A program made the translations under genes and the position numbers. From a virus (Duplodnaviria > Caudoviricetes): 37,990 nt of DNA. Below the pieces are notes generated by a model, which was given only the letters and a program-made list of their open reading frames with translations, was not told the origin of the DNA and did no database searches. The stretch covers positions 1 through 37,990 of IMG/VR virus record IMGVR_UViG_3300025247_000005; one strand, 5' to 3'. Positions 25,972-35,991 of the stretch are shown in pieces (the first letter of the stretch is position 1; every line of letters begins with the position of its first letter).

Positions 25972-28900
25972 TCAGGCTGGCGGGGTTTGGTCGTCGTAGT
26001 CGTACACGCGGTCGTCGTAGTTGGTGGCCGTAACACTGGCCCCCAACATCCCCCGCGGGCGGACGGATGTGATTAATGCTTTAAAGGCCCACCGTTCGGT
26101 GGTGCCGAAGTAAACGTGTGGCGGCTCTTGCCGGGCGGTGAGATCCGGCCAGGGCAGCGGGATGTCGGCAATGATGTGGAATTCATCTTCACCTTGGGTG
26201 GCTGGCCACGGACCTGCCACGGTGCCATCCGGGTTGCGGTAGGCCACCACGTAGCTGCCGCCGGGCTCGCTCCAATCCATGGGCTCGCTGACAGTGAGCA
26301 GCGCACCGCTGCTGCCAGCCGACTCAATGGCCAGCAGGATGCTGCTTTGCCCGTATTGGGGCAGGTCATCGAGGATGGGGACGTAGCTCATGTAGTTGGC
26401 GTTGAGGCCATCCAGCTCGGTATCGAAGCTGTACTCCCAGCGCCGGTATTTCATGGCCAGCCGCTGGCGCATGCCGATCTGCCAGGCTTGGGTGCGGTCG
26501 GTGACGCCATCCAGTTTGATCTTTTCCACCTTGATACCCGCATCGCCTGGCAGGCGGCATTCCACGGTTTCCTTCGCCCAAGTGGCGCGGTTGGTGAACT
26601 CCACGTCCACACCATCAGCATCATCTGGCCGATTGGCCTTGAAGCTGCGCGTGAGCGGGCTGGTCATGTTCTGTGGGGAGAAGCCCTGCCCGCTTTCGAA
26701 GGTGGTGCGGGGCTCATCACGCACGGGCAGGATGCGGCCTTGATCCATGGTCAGCTCTGCCATGCCGGCACGCAGCACCATCTTCATGGCATCGCGAACA
26801 GTGGTTTCATCAAAGGCGAAGTCGAAGGTATCCCCACGCGCTTTCCAAACCCCATCGAGCCGCTCCAGTTCTTCCATATCAATGTCGGCATCATTGCCTC
26901 CGACTGAATGGCGGATGTAGCGAAGGGCCGGCGCGATGTCACGGGTCTCTTCATTGGCGGCGCTCCAGTTGCTGCCATCGAATACCGGCAGCTTGCGTTC
27001 CGCAATAACGTTGATCTGGTTTTCGGATTGGCTGGCCAGCTTGTTACTGTTCTTCAACTTCACCGCGATGGTGGTCCAGGGGTAGCTGGTGGGATGCTGA
27101 ATCTTGGCTCGCAACCCGTACCACTGCACGTCTCGCTTGGCTTTGGCGGTGCTTGGAGAGCCGGTGCGGCGCATTCTGACTTCGGGCCTTATGGCCGTGC
27201 CGAGATTCCTGGTAAAGGTGTAGCCGATCTGGTCCAGAACGCCGTTGCGAATGGTGTGATTAACCGATGTCCATGAATCCGTACTGCCCGCCTCTCTATA
27301 CTGCAGCTGAACAGATTGATTGGTATCGAGCACACGCCCCTTGCCATCCACATAGGTAAGGCCATTAGGGAAGAAAAGATCGTACTCAAGCTTCTCGGCA
27401 ACCTCCCCCGCAGGACATGCCGTGAATGGCCCTGACCATCCGATTTGTGCCGACGTGCCGGTCACATAAACCACCGCGTCGGTCAGGGTCACATTATCGA
27501 ATCCCGGCCAGCTGCTATCCGCATTACCCTCATCATCTAACCTGGTTAGCTCAATAGCGCTGGTGGTGGCGCCATCCACCAGGTAAATCATGTCGCGATA
27601 CCCAATAGCCATCCGGGCCGCATTGGGCGTGAAACCGGTAACTGGGTCTCCGGAATCGTAAGATAGGGTCATTTCGGCTTCAGCCGCCACAGTGGTTTGT
27701 GAGCCAGAAACGCCCACAGGGGATGCGCCCAGCACATCGGTGTAATCACCGCTCAGGGTGATCGCGGCACCGGAGTAATTCGGCCCCTGCTCCACCAGCT
27801 GAACTTTGCCCGTGCCGTCATCCTGCGCCTGGATAGACGCATCCAGCTGGCTGTTCAATTCCGTGATCAGGCCTGACAAGTCCGTTACATCGGTGTTCAG
27901 CGTGATGGACTGACTGTTTCCATCCAGCGTGACACTGAAGGTGGCAGATGTGACATCAAAGTCATAACGCGCCGGAGCAGCGTTACCGGTGAGCGTTGAG
28001 GCAGAACCAGCCGCGTCCGGCACCGAGGCCGTAAACGTCTCCACCATGTAAAGACCCGCATTGTCGCCATCAATCTCGATGAGCATCCCGGCAAATGCAC
28101 CAAGCTGATCCAGGGGGCCGCGGATAATGTCCCGAGTGCCTCCGGTCTCAATCTCATAATCGAGATACTGCTCTACACGCACAGTCAGCGTGTTATTCCA
28201 GCCGGCAGGAAAGCTGCCCGCCCCTCCAGGGATCGTGATGGTGTCGCCGTTAAATGTGAAGGCGGTGGCACTTGGGTAGTTCGATACACCAGTGACATCA
28301 CCAAGAGAAATACCGGCGCCGCCCGTTGATGTAGATCCCACCTCGCCGCAGTTGTGCCACCACTCCGCCGCGCTTTCGGATGACAGATCCGCATTAGGCG
28401 GATAAACCTCATACTCAGCATCTACCCCCAACGCAGTAATAGGGGTGTCTCCCACCTTCACGCCGCTGATCGGGACGTTGTATTCACCTTGCCCAATGCA
28501 CAACAGCATCTGGATGCGCTGGGTACGGGTGCTGGTAAACCAGCGATGGGGAGGCACCAGGTAATCCGGGTACCGGCGATAGCTGCCCAGCACTTCCGGT
28601 ACCGCCTGGCCCAGCCGGGCTATGTTGGCTCGGGCATCCGCAGGACTAAAGGTGCGGCCAGCGCTTGGCTGCTTGGGGATGTCCGGCGTCAGCGCATTGA
28701 CGATGGGGCGGAAGGTTTCACGAAGCGAAAGCCCCGCCACAAGCAGCTCCACCCCTGCCGGCTGAACCCTGACGGCAACATCATCTGCAGACGTGATCAG
28801 AGTCTTGGCCCACTTGCTGGGAGCCAATAGCTCACCATTCACACTGATGCTGACAGGCTGGTGGTCACCCGGCTTGTAAGCAGCAGTCTGCCCTGCCATC

Positions 28901-28980
28901 CACTGGCCAACAGTGATGCCATCAGCTTCGTGCTCCTCGATGGGTTCACACGGGCCAATGCTGGGATAGACCTTAATCAT
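25972..28980 (-). CDS. Tail tip / host specificity protein (lambda J-like)
   Basis: 1002 aa; ARLGQ.VPE..G..R.YPD, VRDEP, DGVDVEF; follows the NlpC gene. Confidence 0.88.
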   Translation of the reverse strand: MIKVYPSIGPCEPIEEHEADGITVGQWMAGQTAAYKPGDHQPVSISVNGELLAPSKWAKTLITSADDVAVRVQPAGVELLVAGLSLRETFRPIVNALTPDIPKQPSAGRTFSPADARANIARLGQAVPEVLGSYRRYPDYLVPPHRWFTSTRTQRIQMLLCIGQGEYNVPISGVKVGDTPITALGVDAEYEVYPPNADLSSESAAEWWHNCGEVGSTSTGGAGISLGDVTGVSNYPSATAFTFNGDTITIPGGAGSFPAGWNNTLTVRVEQYLDYEIETGGTRDIIRGPLDQLGAFAGMLIEIDGDNAGLYMVETFTASVPDAAGSASTLTGNAAPARYDFDVTSATFSVTLDGNSQSITLNTDVTDLSGLITELNSQLDASIQAQDDGTGKVQLVEQGPNYSGAAITLSGDYTDVLGASPVGVSGSQTTVAAEAEMTLSYDSGDPVTGFTPNAARMAIGYRDMIYLVDGATTSAIELTRLDDEGNADSSWPGFDNVTLTDAVVYVTGTSAQIGWSGPFTACPAGEVAEKLEYDLFFPNGLTYVDGKGRVLDTNQSVQLQYREAGSTDSWTSVNHTIRNGVLDQIGYTFTRNLGTAIRPEVRMRRTGSPSTAKAKRDVQWYGLRAKIQHPTSYPWTTIAVKLKNSNKLASQSENQINVIAERKLPVFDGSNWSAANEETRDIAPALRYIRHSVGGNDADIDMEELERLDGVWKARGDTFDFAFDETTVRDAMKMVLRAGMAELTMDQGRILPVRDEPRTTFESGQGFSPQNMTSPLTRSFKANRPDDADGVDVEFTNRATWAKETVECRLPGDAGIKVEKIKLDGVTDRTQAWQIGMRQRLAMKYRRWEYSFDTELDGLNANYMSYVPILDDLPQYGQSSILLAIESAGSSGALLTVSEPMDWSEPGGSYVVAYRNPDGTVAGPWPATQGEDEFHIIADIPLPWPDLTARQEPPHVYFGTTERWAFKALITSVRPRGMLGASVTATNYDDRVYDYDDQTPPA

Positions 28981-29359
28981 CGTAATAGGTGACCTTCAGA
29001 AAACGGGCTTCAAAATCACGGATGCGGGAAAGCACCGGGCCGGTACCGGAATCGGTTTCCAGCACCCACTTGCGCCCGTCGACTTCCACCACAATGCCAA
29101 CATGGATGCAGAGCCTGCCGCGCCACCCCATCGCCATGGCGCCCGGCATTGGATCTGCAGGCTTCAGATGCTTTTGGATGGTGGCGTTGACGGCTTCAGT
29201 CATCTCCCGTGCCATCTGCCCACCAATCTCGCCATAGCTGGCCAGCAGAGGCTTACTGAACATGACGGCACGAGCCTCACGAACGAGACCCCAGCAGTCA
29301 TAGGCGTCCGGCCCACGACCGTAACGGCGGTAGGTGCTGTTCAAGTAATGCTGGATCAC
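28973..29359 (-). CDS. NlpC/P60 tail assembly protein
   Basis: GRGPD.YDCWGLV and HVGIV. Confidence 0.88.
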   Translation of the reverse strand: MIQHYLNSTYRRYGRGPDAYDCWGLVREARAVMFSKPLLASYGEIGGQMAREMTEAVNATIQKHLKPADPMPGAMAMGWRGRLCIHVGIVVEVDGRKWVLETDSGTGPVLSRIRDFEARFLKVTYYDD

Positions 29360-29844
29360 AGGTAGGCGATGCCGGGGGCATTCAGTTGGGTGTAGCGTTC
29401 ACGGGGCCAGGCCGTATTCAGGATGTCGTAATAGCTGGCTTCAAGCTGGACCTCCACCCCTTCGAAGCTGCCGGCCACCAGGGTGAAGCTTTGCGGTAGG
29501 CTGGTCGGGGCGGTCAGGTCGCTGCTGTCGAATTCCCGATAGATGATCTCCGTGGGCGTGGCTGCTTCAAGCGCGGCTACCACTGCCGCCTGGGCATCGC
29601 CATTGGCGTTCCACAGACCAAATTTCAGCGCCTGCTTGCCGGTGTCGTTCTTCTCGGGGAGATCGATCACCAGGTTGCCTGCTGTGAAAGTGACTGTGCT
29701 GTCATCTTCCAGCGTGGCCTCAATATCTTCGAAGCCGTTGCACACCCGGATGGGCGTTTCGCCTGGCACCAGAATCTCCAATGTCGGGATCAGCACCACA
29801 CCCGTAGGCGCACTGGCATAAATCACATCAAGTGCGGTTGGCAT
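29356..29844 (-). CDS. Minor tail protein (DUF1833-like)
   Basis: YAS, TLEI and LN..WPR.RY....PG motifs; gene order. Confidence 0.8.
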   Translation of the reverse strand: MPTALDVIYASAPTGVVLIPTLEILVPGETPIRVCNGFEDIEATLEDDSTVTFTAGNLVIDLPEKNDTGKQALKFGLWNANGDAQAAVVAALEAATPTEIIYREFDSSDLTAPTSLPQSFTLVAGSFEGVEVQLEASYYDILNTAWPRERYTQLNAPGIAYL

Positions 29845-29845
29845 A

Positions 29846-30325
29846 TCAGGGCTCCGGCCATTCCTGGTTCAGGGCGATGTCGATCAGAGACATACCCAGC
29901 ACCAAATCGGGGAACAGGCCCCAGCCAACGGGGATCAGTGGCCGCTCGATGATTTCCAGCTTGGCGCTGATACGCCACTCAAAGGCACCCACCGGTACCG
30001 GCCCGGAATACATTTCCGTAAAGCGGCATTCATACGGGCTGACGCCGGGGCTGTCCCGGCCATCCAGTGGGGAACGCAGTTCGCAATTGAACCAATCCGC
30101 CCCATCGTTAATGGCATCCCGAAACCAGCCTTCAAATAGCGCCGCCTCTTCAGGCGACATGATCCAGGACACATCCACCATGGTGGGCACGTTCGTAAAG
30201 GTGCGTCGCTGCTTGGCGCGCCCCGCCACCATTGGTGTTCTGGCAAATGTCTGGACAGGCTGTAGTCCATAACCTTCACGCTGGCCGCAGGGCAGCTGCG
30301 ACGGGAAATCAATATCGGTCGCCAT
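29846..30325 (-). CDS. Distal tail protein (lambda M-like)
   Basis: RTPM..GRA.QRR.F..VP, FE.WF......G..WF; follows the tape measure. Confidence 0.8.
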   Translation of the reverse strand: MATDIDFPSQLPCGQREGYGLQPVQTFARTPMVAGRAKQRRTFTNVPTMVDVSWIMSPEEAALFEGWFRDAINDGADWFNCELRSPLDGRDSPGVSPYECRFTEMYSGPVPVGAFEWRISAKLEIIERPLIPVGWGLFPDLVLGMSLIDIALNQEWPEP

Positions 30326-32454
30326 CAGCTACCCACCCTGCGCACGTTGCTTCTGGATTGCAGGGCACGGAATACCGGCCCGTCGTCGTTAATGTCTGCG
30401 ACCATCACGTCAATGACCTCTCTTCCGTCCATCTGGCGGCGCTGAACGGTTGTGCCGGCAGGCGCATTGTTGACGTTCACTGTCACATCGCCACCCACCT
30501 TCTGGCCTTTGCTGTGGTCCACTACGGTCTCATTGGGGTGCAGGATTGCCGGGAAGCCGCCCATACCATCAACGCCGCCAGCGCGGATGCCGTTACCGGT
30601 GTAGCCGCCGCCGTTGAAGGAGCCCTGGAAAACCTGAGCACCCGCAATACCTACAGAGGCATAGCCGAGCCCCCTGATAGTGCTGGCAAGCGCAATCCCT
30701 GCCGGGCCACCAGCCCCCCAGGCCAAAGCCTTGGTTGCGGCTTCCTCGGTCGCGATAATCATGGACGGGATGGCCGCCGCCCTCTGAATGGCTACCAAGG
30801 TCTTGTAGAGGTCGGAGTTCTTCTTGCCGGCGGTTGCCAGCATTCCAGTTGTGATGCTCAGCTGCTGCTGGGTGAAGGTTAGAAGCTCCTGCCCAATTTG
30901 CTGCTGATGCTCAAGGCGCTGATCTTCAATGGCATTGAGCTGGTTAACACGGTCTTGTGCCAGCTTCATTTCTAGCTGAGCACGCTGTTCTGATCCCTCA
31001 ATCGTGTTTTCTTGAACGATCTGGAGTCGTCTCTGATAGCTGGCCTGAATCGCTTCTTCTTCACTGCGCAGGGATGCCCTTACATCTTCCAGGGCGTCAA
31101 CTCGTGCCTGTTCTGCCTCTCGGTCGGCTTCTGCTGCTTCCCGGATAGCTTTTGTTCTGGCATAAGACGCATCGATTATGCGCTGCAGGGAATCTTCTTG
31201 GGCCTTTAGCTCGTCTTCGGTTGGGCCGCCTCCAGAAACAGGTGATGCAATACTGATGTCGTTTTTCTTGCGGCTGTCCGCAAGCTCACCCTCTACAAGC
31301 AGGTTGTTACGCAGCACGTCCTGCTCAGCCCTGAGCTGGCGAATACGCTCTTTCAGACCCGTGTCGGAGTTTGAGAAAAAGTTGCGAAGGTCGCGGTTCC
31401 ATTCTGGGACATTCTCAAGCTGGTCCTGAAGGAACGCTATCTCTTTATTTACTTCGTTTAGCCGCGCCCGTGAATCTTGTGGCAGGGGGTCGAGCGCGCC
31501 AATTGCCCTTAGCTCCTTGGCCGTCTCACTGATGGTCTCAGCAAGCGCCGTGAAGCCCTTTAGCGCTCCCGAGGTGAGGGAAACGATGTTTTCCCGAAAA
31601 GCCGGATCAGAAACCAGCCCCCGAAGCTCGTCAATGGCATCAACCAAGGGCGCCGTATCAGTTGGCCCCAGCGCGTTCAGAACATCGTTCCGAAGCTGCT
31701 GCATTGCCTGTCCGACCGTGCGCTCCATGGTCTGGAATTCGCGCTCGATGTCACTGGCAGCACCAATAAGGGCAGTGCTGATGGCCTCGGCGGTAATTTT
31801 TCCGTCTGCACCCAGTTGGCGAAGCTCGCCAATAGTGACGCCCATCTGCTCCGCGATGGCACGGGCCAGCCTTGGGCTGTTCTCCATTACAGAGTTCAGT
31901 TCTTCGCCCCGCAGGGTGCCGGAGGCCATGCCCTGGGAGAGCTGGCGAACCGCGCCCGCTGCCTCTTCGGCACTGGCACCAGAGATCACAAAGGACTGGT
32001 TTACCGCCCGGGTGATGGTCAGCAGGTCTTCATTGCTGAGTTTCAGCGTGTCGGTGGAGCGCGCAAGGCGAGCGTACAGGTTAACGGTGCCTTCCAGATC
32101 TTGCCGCGTGTCCTGGGCAAGCCGGAAAGTCTGCTCATAGACCTGATTCAGCTCTTCCTGGCTCTCAGTGACCAGCCGCAGCTGGCTGCGTAGCTCTGTA
32201 TAGGTGTCGGATGCTCTGACGATGGAGCGTATGGCGGCCACTCCACCAATGGCGCCGACAAGGCCCACTGCTGCCACCCGAAGCTTGTTCAGGTCTACGG
32301 CTGTGGATTTTGCCCCTTTGCCGAACTTGCGGGTCGATTTATCCGCACGATTGCCCGAACGCTCCACCTTCTCCAGCGAGTCATCGAGGCGGTTAACGTC
32401 ACGCTCTGCGCCACGCGAATCTACGCCGATTTCTAACCGCGCTTGGTACGTCAT
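30325..32454 (-). CDS. Tape measure protein
   Basis: QLSQG..SG.LRGEELNSV.E domain, helical body, GGYTG...LHPNE.V C-terminus. Confidence 0.95.
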   Translation of the reverse strand: MTYQARLEIGVDSRGAERDVNRLDDSLEKVERSGNRADKSTRKFGKGAKSTAVDLNKLRVAAVGLVGAIGGVAAIRSIVRASDTYTELRSQLRLVTESQEELNQVYEQTFRLAQDTRQDLEGTVNLYARLARSTDTLKLSNEDLLTITRAVNQSFVISGASAEEAAGAVRQLSQGMASGTLRGEELNSVMENSPRLARAIAEQMGVTIGELRQLGADGKITAEAISTALIGAASDIEREFQTMERTVGQAMQQLRNDVLNALGPTDTAPLVDAIDELRGLVSDPAFRENIVSLTSGALKGFTALAETISETAKELRAIGALDPLPQDSRARLNEVNKEIAFLQDQLENVPEWNRDLRNFFSNSDTGLKERIRQLRAEQDVLRNNLLVEGELADSRKKNDISIASPVSGGGPTEDELKAQEDSLQRIIDASYARTKAIREAAEADREAEQARVDALEDVRASLRSEEEAIQASYQRRLQIVQENTIEGSEQRAQLEMKLAQDRVNQLNAIEDQRLEHQQQIGQELLTFTQQQLSITTGMLATAGKKNSDLYKTLVAIQRAAAIPSMIIATEEAATKALAWGAGGPAGIALASTIRGLGYASVGIAGAQVFQGSFNGGGYTGNGIRAGGVDGMGGFPAILHPNETVVDHSKGQKVGGDVTVNVNNAPAGTTVQRRQMDGREVIDVMVADINDDGPVFRALQSRSNVRRVGS

Positions 32455-32771
32455 TGCGTCCTCTTACTGGATACCCACTGCAGATACGCCTGATCCAACT
32501 CTTGGATCACATAAAGCATCTGCTCTGGCTCGAAGGGAAAGCCGATAAACCGGTGCCAGGCACTGATCTCGGTAATGCTCAGGGGTAGCGGCCCGTAACC
32601 GTTGTTCGTTCTGGCGCGGGACAAGCTGGAAAACGCCTCAAGGTGCATGCCGGCGATTTCGTCAAGCTCTGGCGGCTCTGGGTCAAGCCCCAGCCGCTTT
32701 GCTACCAGCCGGTACTTCTCGTCGTTACCACCCCATTGCAGCTGGTGGTTAAGAGCCGCTACGGCTTTTTT
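32451..32771 (-). CDS. Tail assembly chaperone gpT part (-1 frameshift extension)
   Basis: The -1 frame is open from the slippery site into MHLEAFSSL...; LS.AR....GPLPLS..EI motif. Confidence 0.8.
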   Translation of the reverse strand, partial: KKAVAALNHQLQWGGNDEKYRLVAKRLGLDPEPPELDEIAGMHLEAFSSLSRARTNNGYGPLPLSITEISAWHRFIGFPFEPEQMLYVIQELDQAYLQWVSSKRTQ

Positions 32772-33154
32772 GCCGTTTCCTTCAGGCTGTCGTAGCGATA
32801 GGCGGCATGGTCGCGGGCTGAAGCCACCACGAAATCCGCAAACGCGGTGTCATTGCGCATGGCCAGAAAGCCGCGCTCTGCGGTGTAGTCAACTTCGCCG
32901 CCCTCGCGGGTCTGAACACCCTCCCAATCCAGCAGAAGATGCTCAGCGGCAATGCGCAGATTCTCGTCATGCAGGTCAGGGCCAAACTTGCGATCTTCCG
33001 GCTTGGCCATCAGGCGCGCACGCTCGGCTTCACCAGAGGCCTTGCGGAAAGCGTCGTTATCGCTGCGAGCAATCAGAAAGCGGCTGCCCTGATAATCGAA
33101 CCACCGGCCTTTCTGAATCTTGTCTGTGTCGTATGCGTCAGCAATAAAGGCCAT
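32759..33154 (-). CDS. Tail assembly chaperone gpG
   Basis: G.WF, F.IAR..N, LL.DW.GV; ends in A-AAA-AAG. Confidence 0.85.
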   Translation of the reverse strand: MAFIADAYDTDKIQKGRWFDYQGSRFLIARSDNDAFRKASGEAERARLMAKPEDRKFGPDLHDENLRIAAEHLLLDWEGVQTREGGEVDYTAERGFLAMRNDTAFADFVVASARDHAAYRYDSLKETAKKP

Positions 33155-34068
33155 TATGCAGTCGTCCGGGTCAGTTGCAGGGCCACGCCGTTGCTGTCAC
33201 GCAGGGCGGTGTAATTCCACTCCCAGTTGACGATCTCATTGGCGCCGGGCACCGGCAGGTCGCCGGAGGCCTTCAGGCGCGGAATGGTCAGCGTGTAGCT
33301 GTTGGTGCCATCACCAAACGGGAAGGCCAGCGACAGCTCTTCCTGAGCAATCAGCTCCACCCAGGTGTCGTAGGTGTCGGCAGTCATGGAGATGCCCAGA
33401 ACGCCAGTGGGCTCTGCGGTGCCCTTCACCTGCTTGCCCGGAGACAGGGAACCCAGACAGAATCCGGCCTGATAGTTGTTGTTCAAGCTCAGGGAGAAGC
33501 TGGGAATGCAGGTGCCGGTCATGGCAGAGCCATCAAGGCTGATCGTGCCAACGTCCACACCGCGCAGCACTCGGGTAGTGGTGGCCGCGTCAAAGGTGTC
33601 ACCAGACGGGTCGTACTCGGCATCGTAATCCGTGCCAGCAAAGGCAATGGTGCCGGTCATGGTCGCGCCGGCTTCGACGTTCAGGTCAAGCTGGCCCACG
33701 CGCATGCTGTTGAATTTGATGTGACGGTCAATGTCCTGATAAGACAGCAGCACGTCATACAGAATGTCATCCACACCAATCAACAGGGTGTCAGTGCCGG
33801 CACTCGGGTCATCCACTGACCATGCCTTACAGAAGGCGCTGGACAGCCAATCGTCAAAGCTGGTGGCCGAGAACTCGAACTCCAGAGAGCCCCCAGTTTC
33901 CGCACTCTGCAGGATCAGGTCAGACACAAGGCGATCACCGACCACCTCATTGCTGTTTTCGGTGTTCATGGTCAGGGCTGGGCCACCACTGGTGCGGCGC
34001 ATTACCTGCCAATTGCCGGAGGAGCCGGCAGCCCGGTAGGCCACGCGGATACGGTTTGATTCTGACAT
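33154..34068 (-). CDS. Major tail tube protein
   Basis: 304 aa, acidic and beta-rich (S.E...DR, G.L.FEFS); precedes the chaperones. Confidence 0.85.
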   Translation of the reverse strand: MSESNRIRVAYRAAGSSGNWQVMRRTSGGPALTMNTENSNEVVGDRLVSDLILQSAETGGSLEFEFSATSFDDWLSSAFCKAWSVDDPSAGTDTLLIGVDDILYDVLLSYQDIDRHIKFNSMRVGQLDLNVEAGATMTGTIAFAGTDYDAEYDPSGDTFDAATTTRVLRGVDVGTISLDGSAMTGTCIPSFSLSLNNNYQAGFCLGSLSPGKQVKGTAEPTGVLGISMTADTYDTWVELIAQEELSLAFPFGDGTNSYTLTIPRLKASGDLPVPGANEIVNWEWNYTALRDSNGVALQLTRTTA

Positions 34069-34078
34069 GATGGACCTC

Positions 34079-34486
34079 TCAGTCTGCCCGGTAAGGAATG
34101 CTCAGGTTGAGCTGGTAATAGTTGGAATCAGGCCCGACGCGCTGCTCGCTGGCTTCCAGCGTCCAGAGCGGACCGATGCTGTCCAGCGTCTGGTTCTCCC
34201 AATGGGTCACCAATGAGCTGGCCAAGACGCGGGCTGGGGAAGTTCCCGCGCCGCGCTCGGTAAAAATCTGAATCAGCACAAGACCGGGCCGACGCGGGCA
34301 AGGCTTGTCTGTGATTGAGCGGTTAACCGTGGTGCCTGGGGCAATAGTGAATCGAACCCATGGCGTATTGTTGTCCTGAGCCGACTTCACCGCAGGGGTT
34401 GCCGGGTGGCCGTCAAAAGCCACGGGCACATCCGTCCAGGTGGCCATGTGGCCTTCCAGAGTTTGGCGGATCTCTTCGGGGGTCAT
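34079..34486 (-). CDS. Tail terminator protein
   Basis: PWVRF.I, G...IQIF...G.G, YQ.N..IPYR. Confidence 0.75.
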   Translation of the reverse strand: MTPEEIRQTLEGHMATWTDVPVAFDGHPATPAVKSAQDNNTPWVRFTIAPGTTVNRSITDKPCPRRPGLVLIQIFTERGAGTSPARVLASSLVTHWENQTLDSIGPLWTLEASEQRVGPDSNYYQLNLSIPYRAD

Positions 34487-34905
34487 TCTGTGGCCGCTCT
34501 CAAGGAGTCGAAGGTGACTTGGTAGACGCCTTTTGGCGCCTGCTCGGAAAAACCGTCCGCCGTGACCTTTTCGGTTGGGCCTGAAAATCCGCCAAACTCG
34601 ATGGTCTCGGCGTAGGGCAAGTTGCTCTGAACGTAGATAATTTGGTACGGATCGAGCGCGCCTCCAATCTTCCCTGCCCCGGCAGAAATGGTTGCCTGTC
34701 CCGGCTTGTCCACCTTGGTGGTGTCAAAGCTCGGATCAATCGCATTTACCGAAATCGTATGGCTTCCACGAAATGCCCCTGAATCAACGGGGGAGGCCAA
34801 GACAACACCCGTCAGCGCCTGCAAGGCAATGGCGCGGGTCATGGCATTAAGCTCACCCTCTGCAACCGGAATGAAGCCTGTGGGGCGCCGTTTCCAGCCC
34901 ATCAC
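34483..34905 (-). CDS. HK97 gp10-like tail completion protein
   Basis: SPVDSG.FR, NLPYA..IEFG, S.QAP.G. Confidence 0.82.
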   Translation of the reverse strand: MMGWKRRPTGFIPVAEGELNAMTRAIALQALTGVVLASPVDSGAFRGSHTISVNAIDPSFDTTKVDKPGQATISAGAGKIGGALDPYQIIYVQSNLPYAETIEFGGFSGPTEKVTADGFSEQAPKGVYQVTFDSLRAATE

Positions 34906-35294
34906 GCCTTCCTTAGCTGCGCAGTCCAGGAGGCCGCTGCGGGGTCTTTACCCACGTTAATCACCCGGTATTCGCCGTCTGCATTGGTGATGTGGTCGCC
35001 AATCTCCGGCTCTGCCTCGCCGCCGGCGTCAAGCGTGACCTCGTTCTGCAATGCGACCAGCTTCACATCATTGGCCTCGATGTGCTGGCCGTCGATTTCC
35101 AACACCGAGAAACCGCCAAAAACACCGCGCCCAGAGTAACCAATGGTCGTCTCTGGATAGGTGCCTGTTACCGGGTCGTAGGTATTGCTCACCGTGGTGC
35201 GGCTGCCGGTGAAACTGGCAACGGCATCGGCCAAGCCGTCCGCATCGTCAAATGCCTCGGCAATATCGGCCTGCAGGTCGTCACGCAGCCCCAT
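34902..35294 (-). CDS. Head closure (stopper) protein
   Basis: YDP.TG, IDG..I...D.KL, Y.V..V..DPA; gene order. Confidence 0.72.
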   Translation of the reverse strand: MGLRDDLQADIAEAFDDADGLADAVASFTGSRTTVSNTYDPVTGTYPETTIGYSGRGVFGGFSVLEIDGQHIEANDVKLVALQNEVTLDAGGEAEPEIGDHITNADGEYRVINVGKDPAAASWTAQLRKA

Positions 35295-35788
35295 TAGCCT
35301 CTCCGCACCGCAAACTGGCTGGCACCACCACCTGTCGTGGTCAGTTTGGCAAATGATCGCCCAATAGCGACCGAGAAGGAGGAAGCGGGTGCGCCATCCT
35401 GATACTCGGTCTCACTCTCAACAGTGTCCGCCTTCACGCGCTTGCGCTTAATGGCAGGCGACACCGGTGCCAGAGGGTCGTTGCCTTCATCAATGGCCAG
35501 GGCCACGGTCATCTGCGCGGTTTTCAGCTCGTCCGGGATCTCGGACGGCGGATAGGACCAGCCATCGATAACAACCCCGCTACGGGGCCATTGCAACGGC
35601 TGGTCGCGCGTCAATTTGGTGCCGATGAACGGTTGCGTCTCCACGTAGTCCATCGCCTTGATAAGCAGGGACTCAGGGGTGCCAGTTAGCGTCACGCCAC
35701 GCGCAGTGGCATAGCTGGTCAGCTCTGCCTCGCTCACGTAGCTGTTCGCGCCAGCAACGATAGTGCCGCTCTCGACAATAATGGCCAT
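35294..35788 (-). CDS. Head-tail adaptor
   Basis: GANSYVS, Q.L.WPR, IP.E.K.AQ; follows the capsid gene. Confidence 0.78.
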   Translation of the reverse strand: MAIIVESGTIVAGANSYVSEAELTSYATARGVTLTGTPESLLIKAMDYVETQPFIGTKLTRDQPLQWPRSGVVIDGWSYPPSEIPDELKTAQMTVALAIDEGNDPLAPVSPAIKRKRVKADTVESETEYQDGAPASSFSVAIGRSFAKLTTTGGGASQFAVRRG

Positions 35789-35949
35789 TACTCTTCCCGG
35801 AAGCCGCCTTTCTTGTACTCACCCACCATATCGGGGTGAACGTCTGCCGTTTTGCCGTCTTCGCGAACCATTTTGACCAGCTTGGCCTTGGGGGCCGGTT
35901 TCGGCTTGGCCTTGGGGGCCGGGCTTTGATCTTTGGTTTCTTCGGTCAT
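35788..35949 (-). CDS. 53-aa head-region protein (MTEETKDQSPAPKAKPKPAPKAK...), absent from the ORF track
   Basis: GGAG RBS, TAATG coupling to the adaptor, ADVHP..V..Y...G motif. Confidence 0.7.
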   Translation of the reverse strand: MTEETKDQSPAPKAKPKPAPKAKLVKMVREDGKTADVHPDMVGEYKKGGFREE

Positions 35950-35964
35950 GTCAGTCTCCAGACA

Positions 35965-35984
35965 GGGAGGCCCGAAGGCCTCCC
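35965..35984 (-). terminator. Hairpin after the capsid gene (weak terminator or stabiliser)
   Basis: GGGAGGCC-TTCG-GGCCTCCC on the minus strand; poor U tract. Confidence 0.55.
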
Positions 35985-35991
35985 GGTTGGT

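Noticed and set aside
35880-35922. 19-bp direct repeat with 24-bp period
   Set aside because: Explained by a PAPKAK peptide duplication in the 53-aa head-region protein
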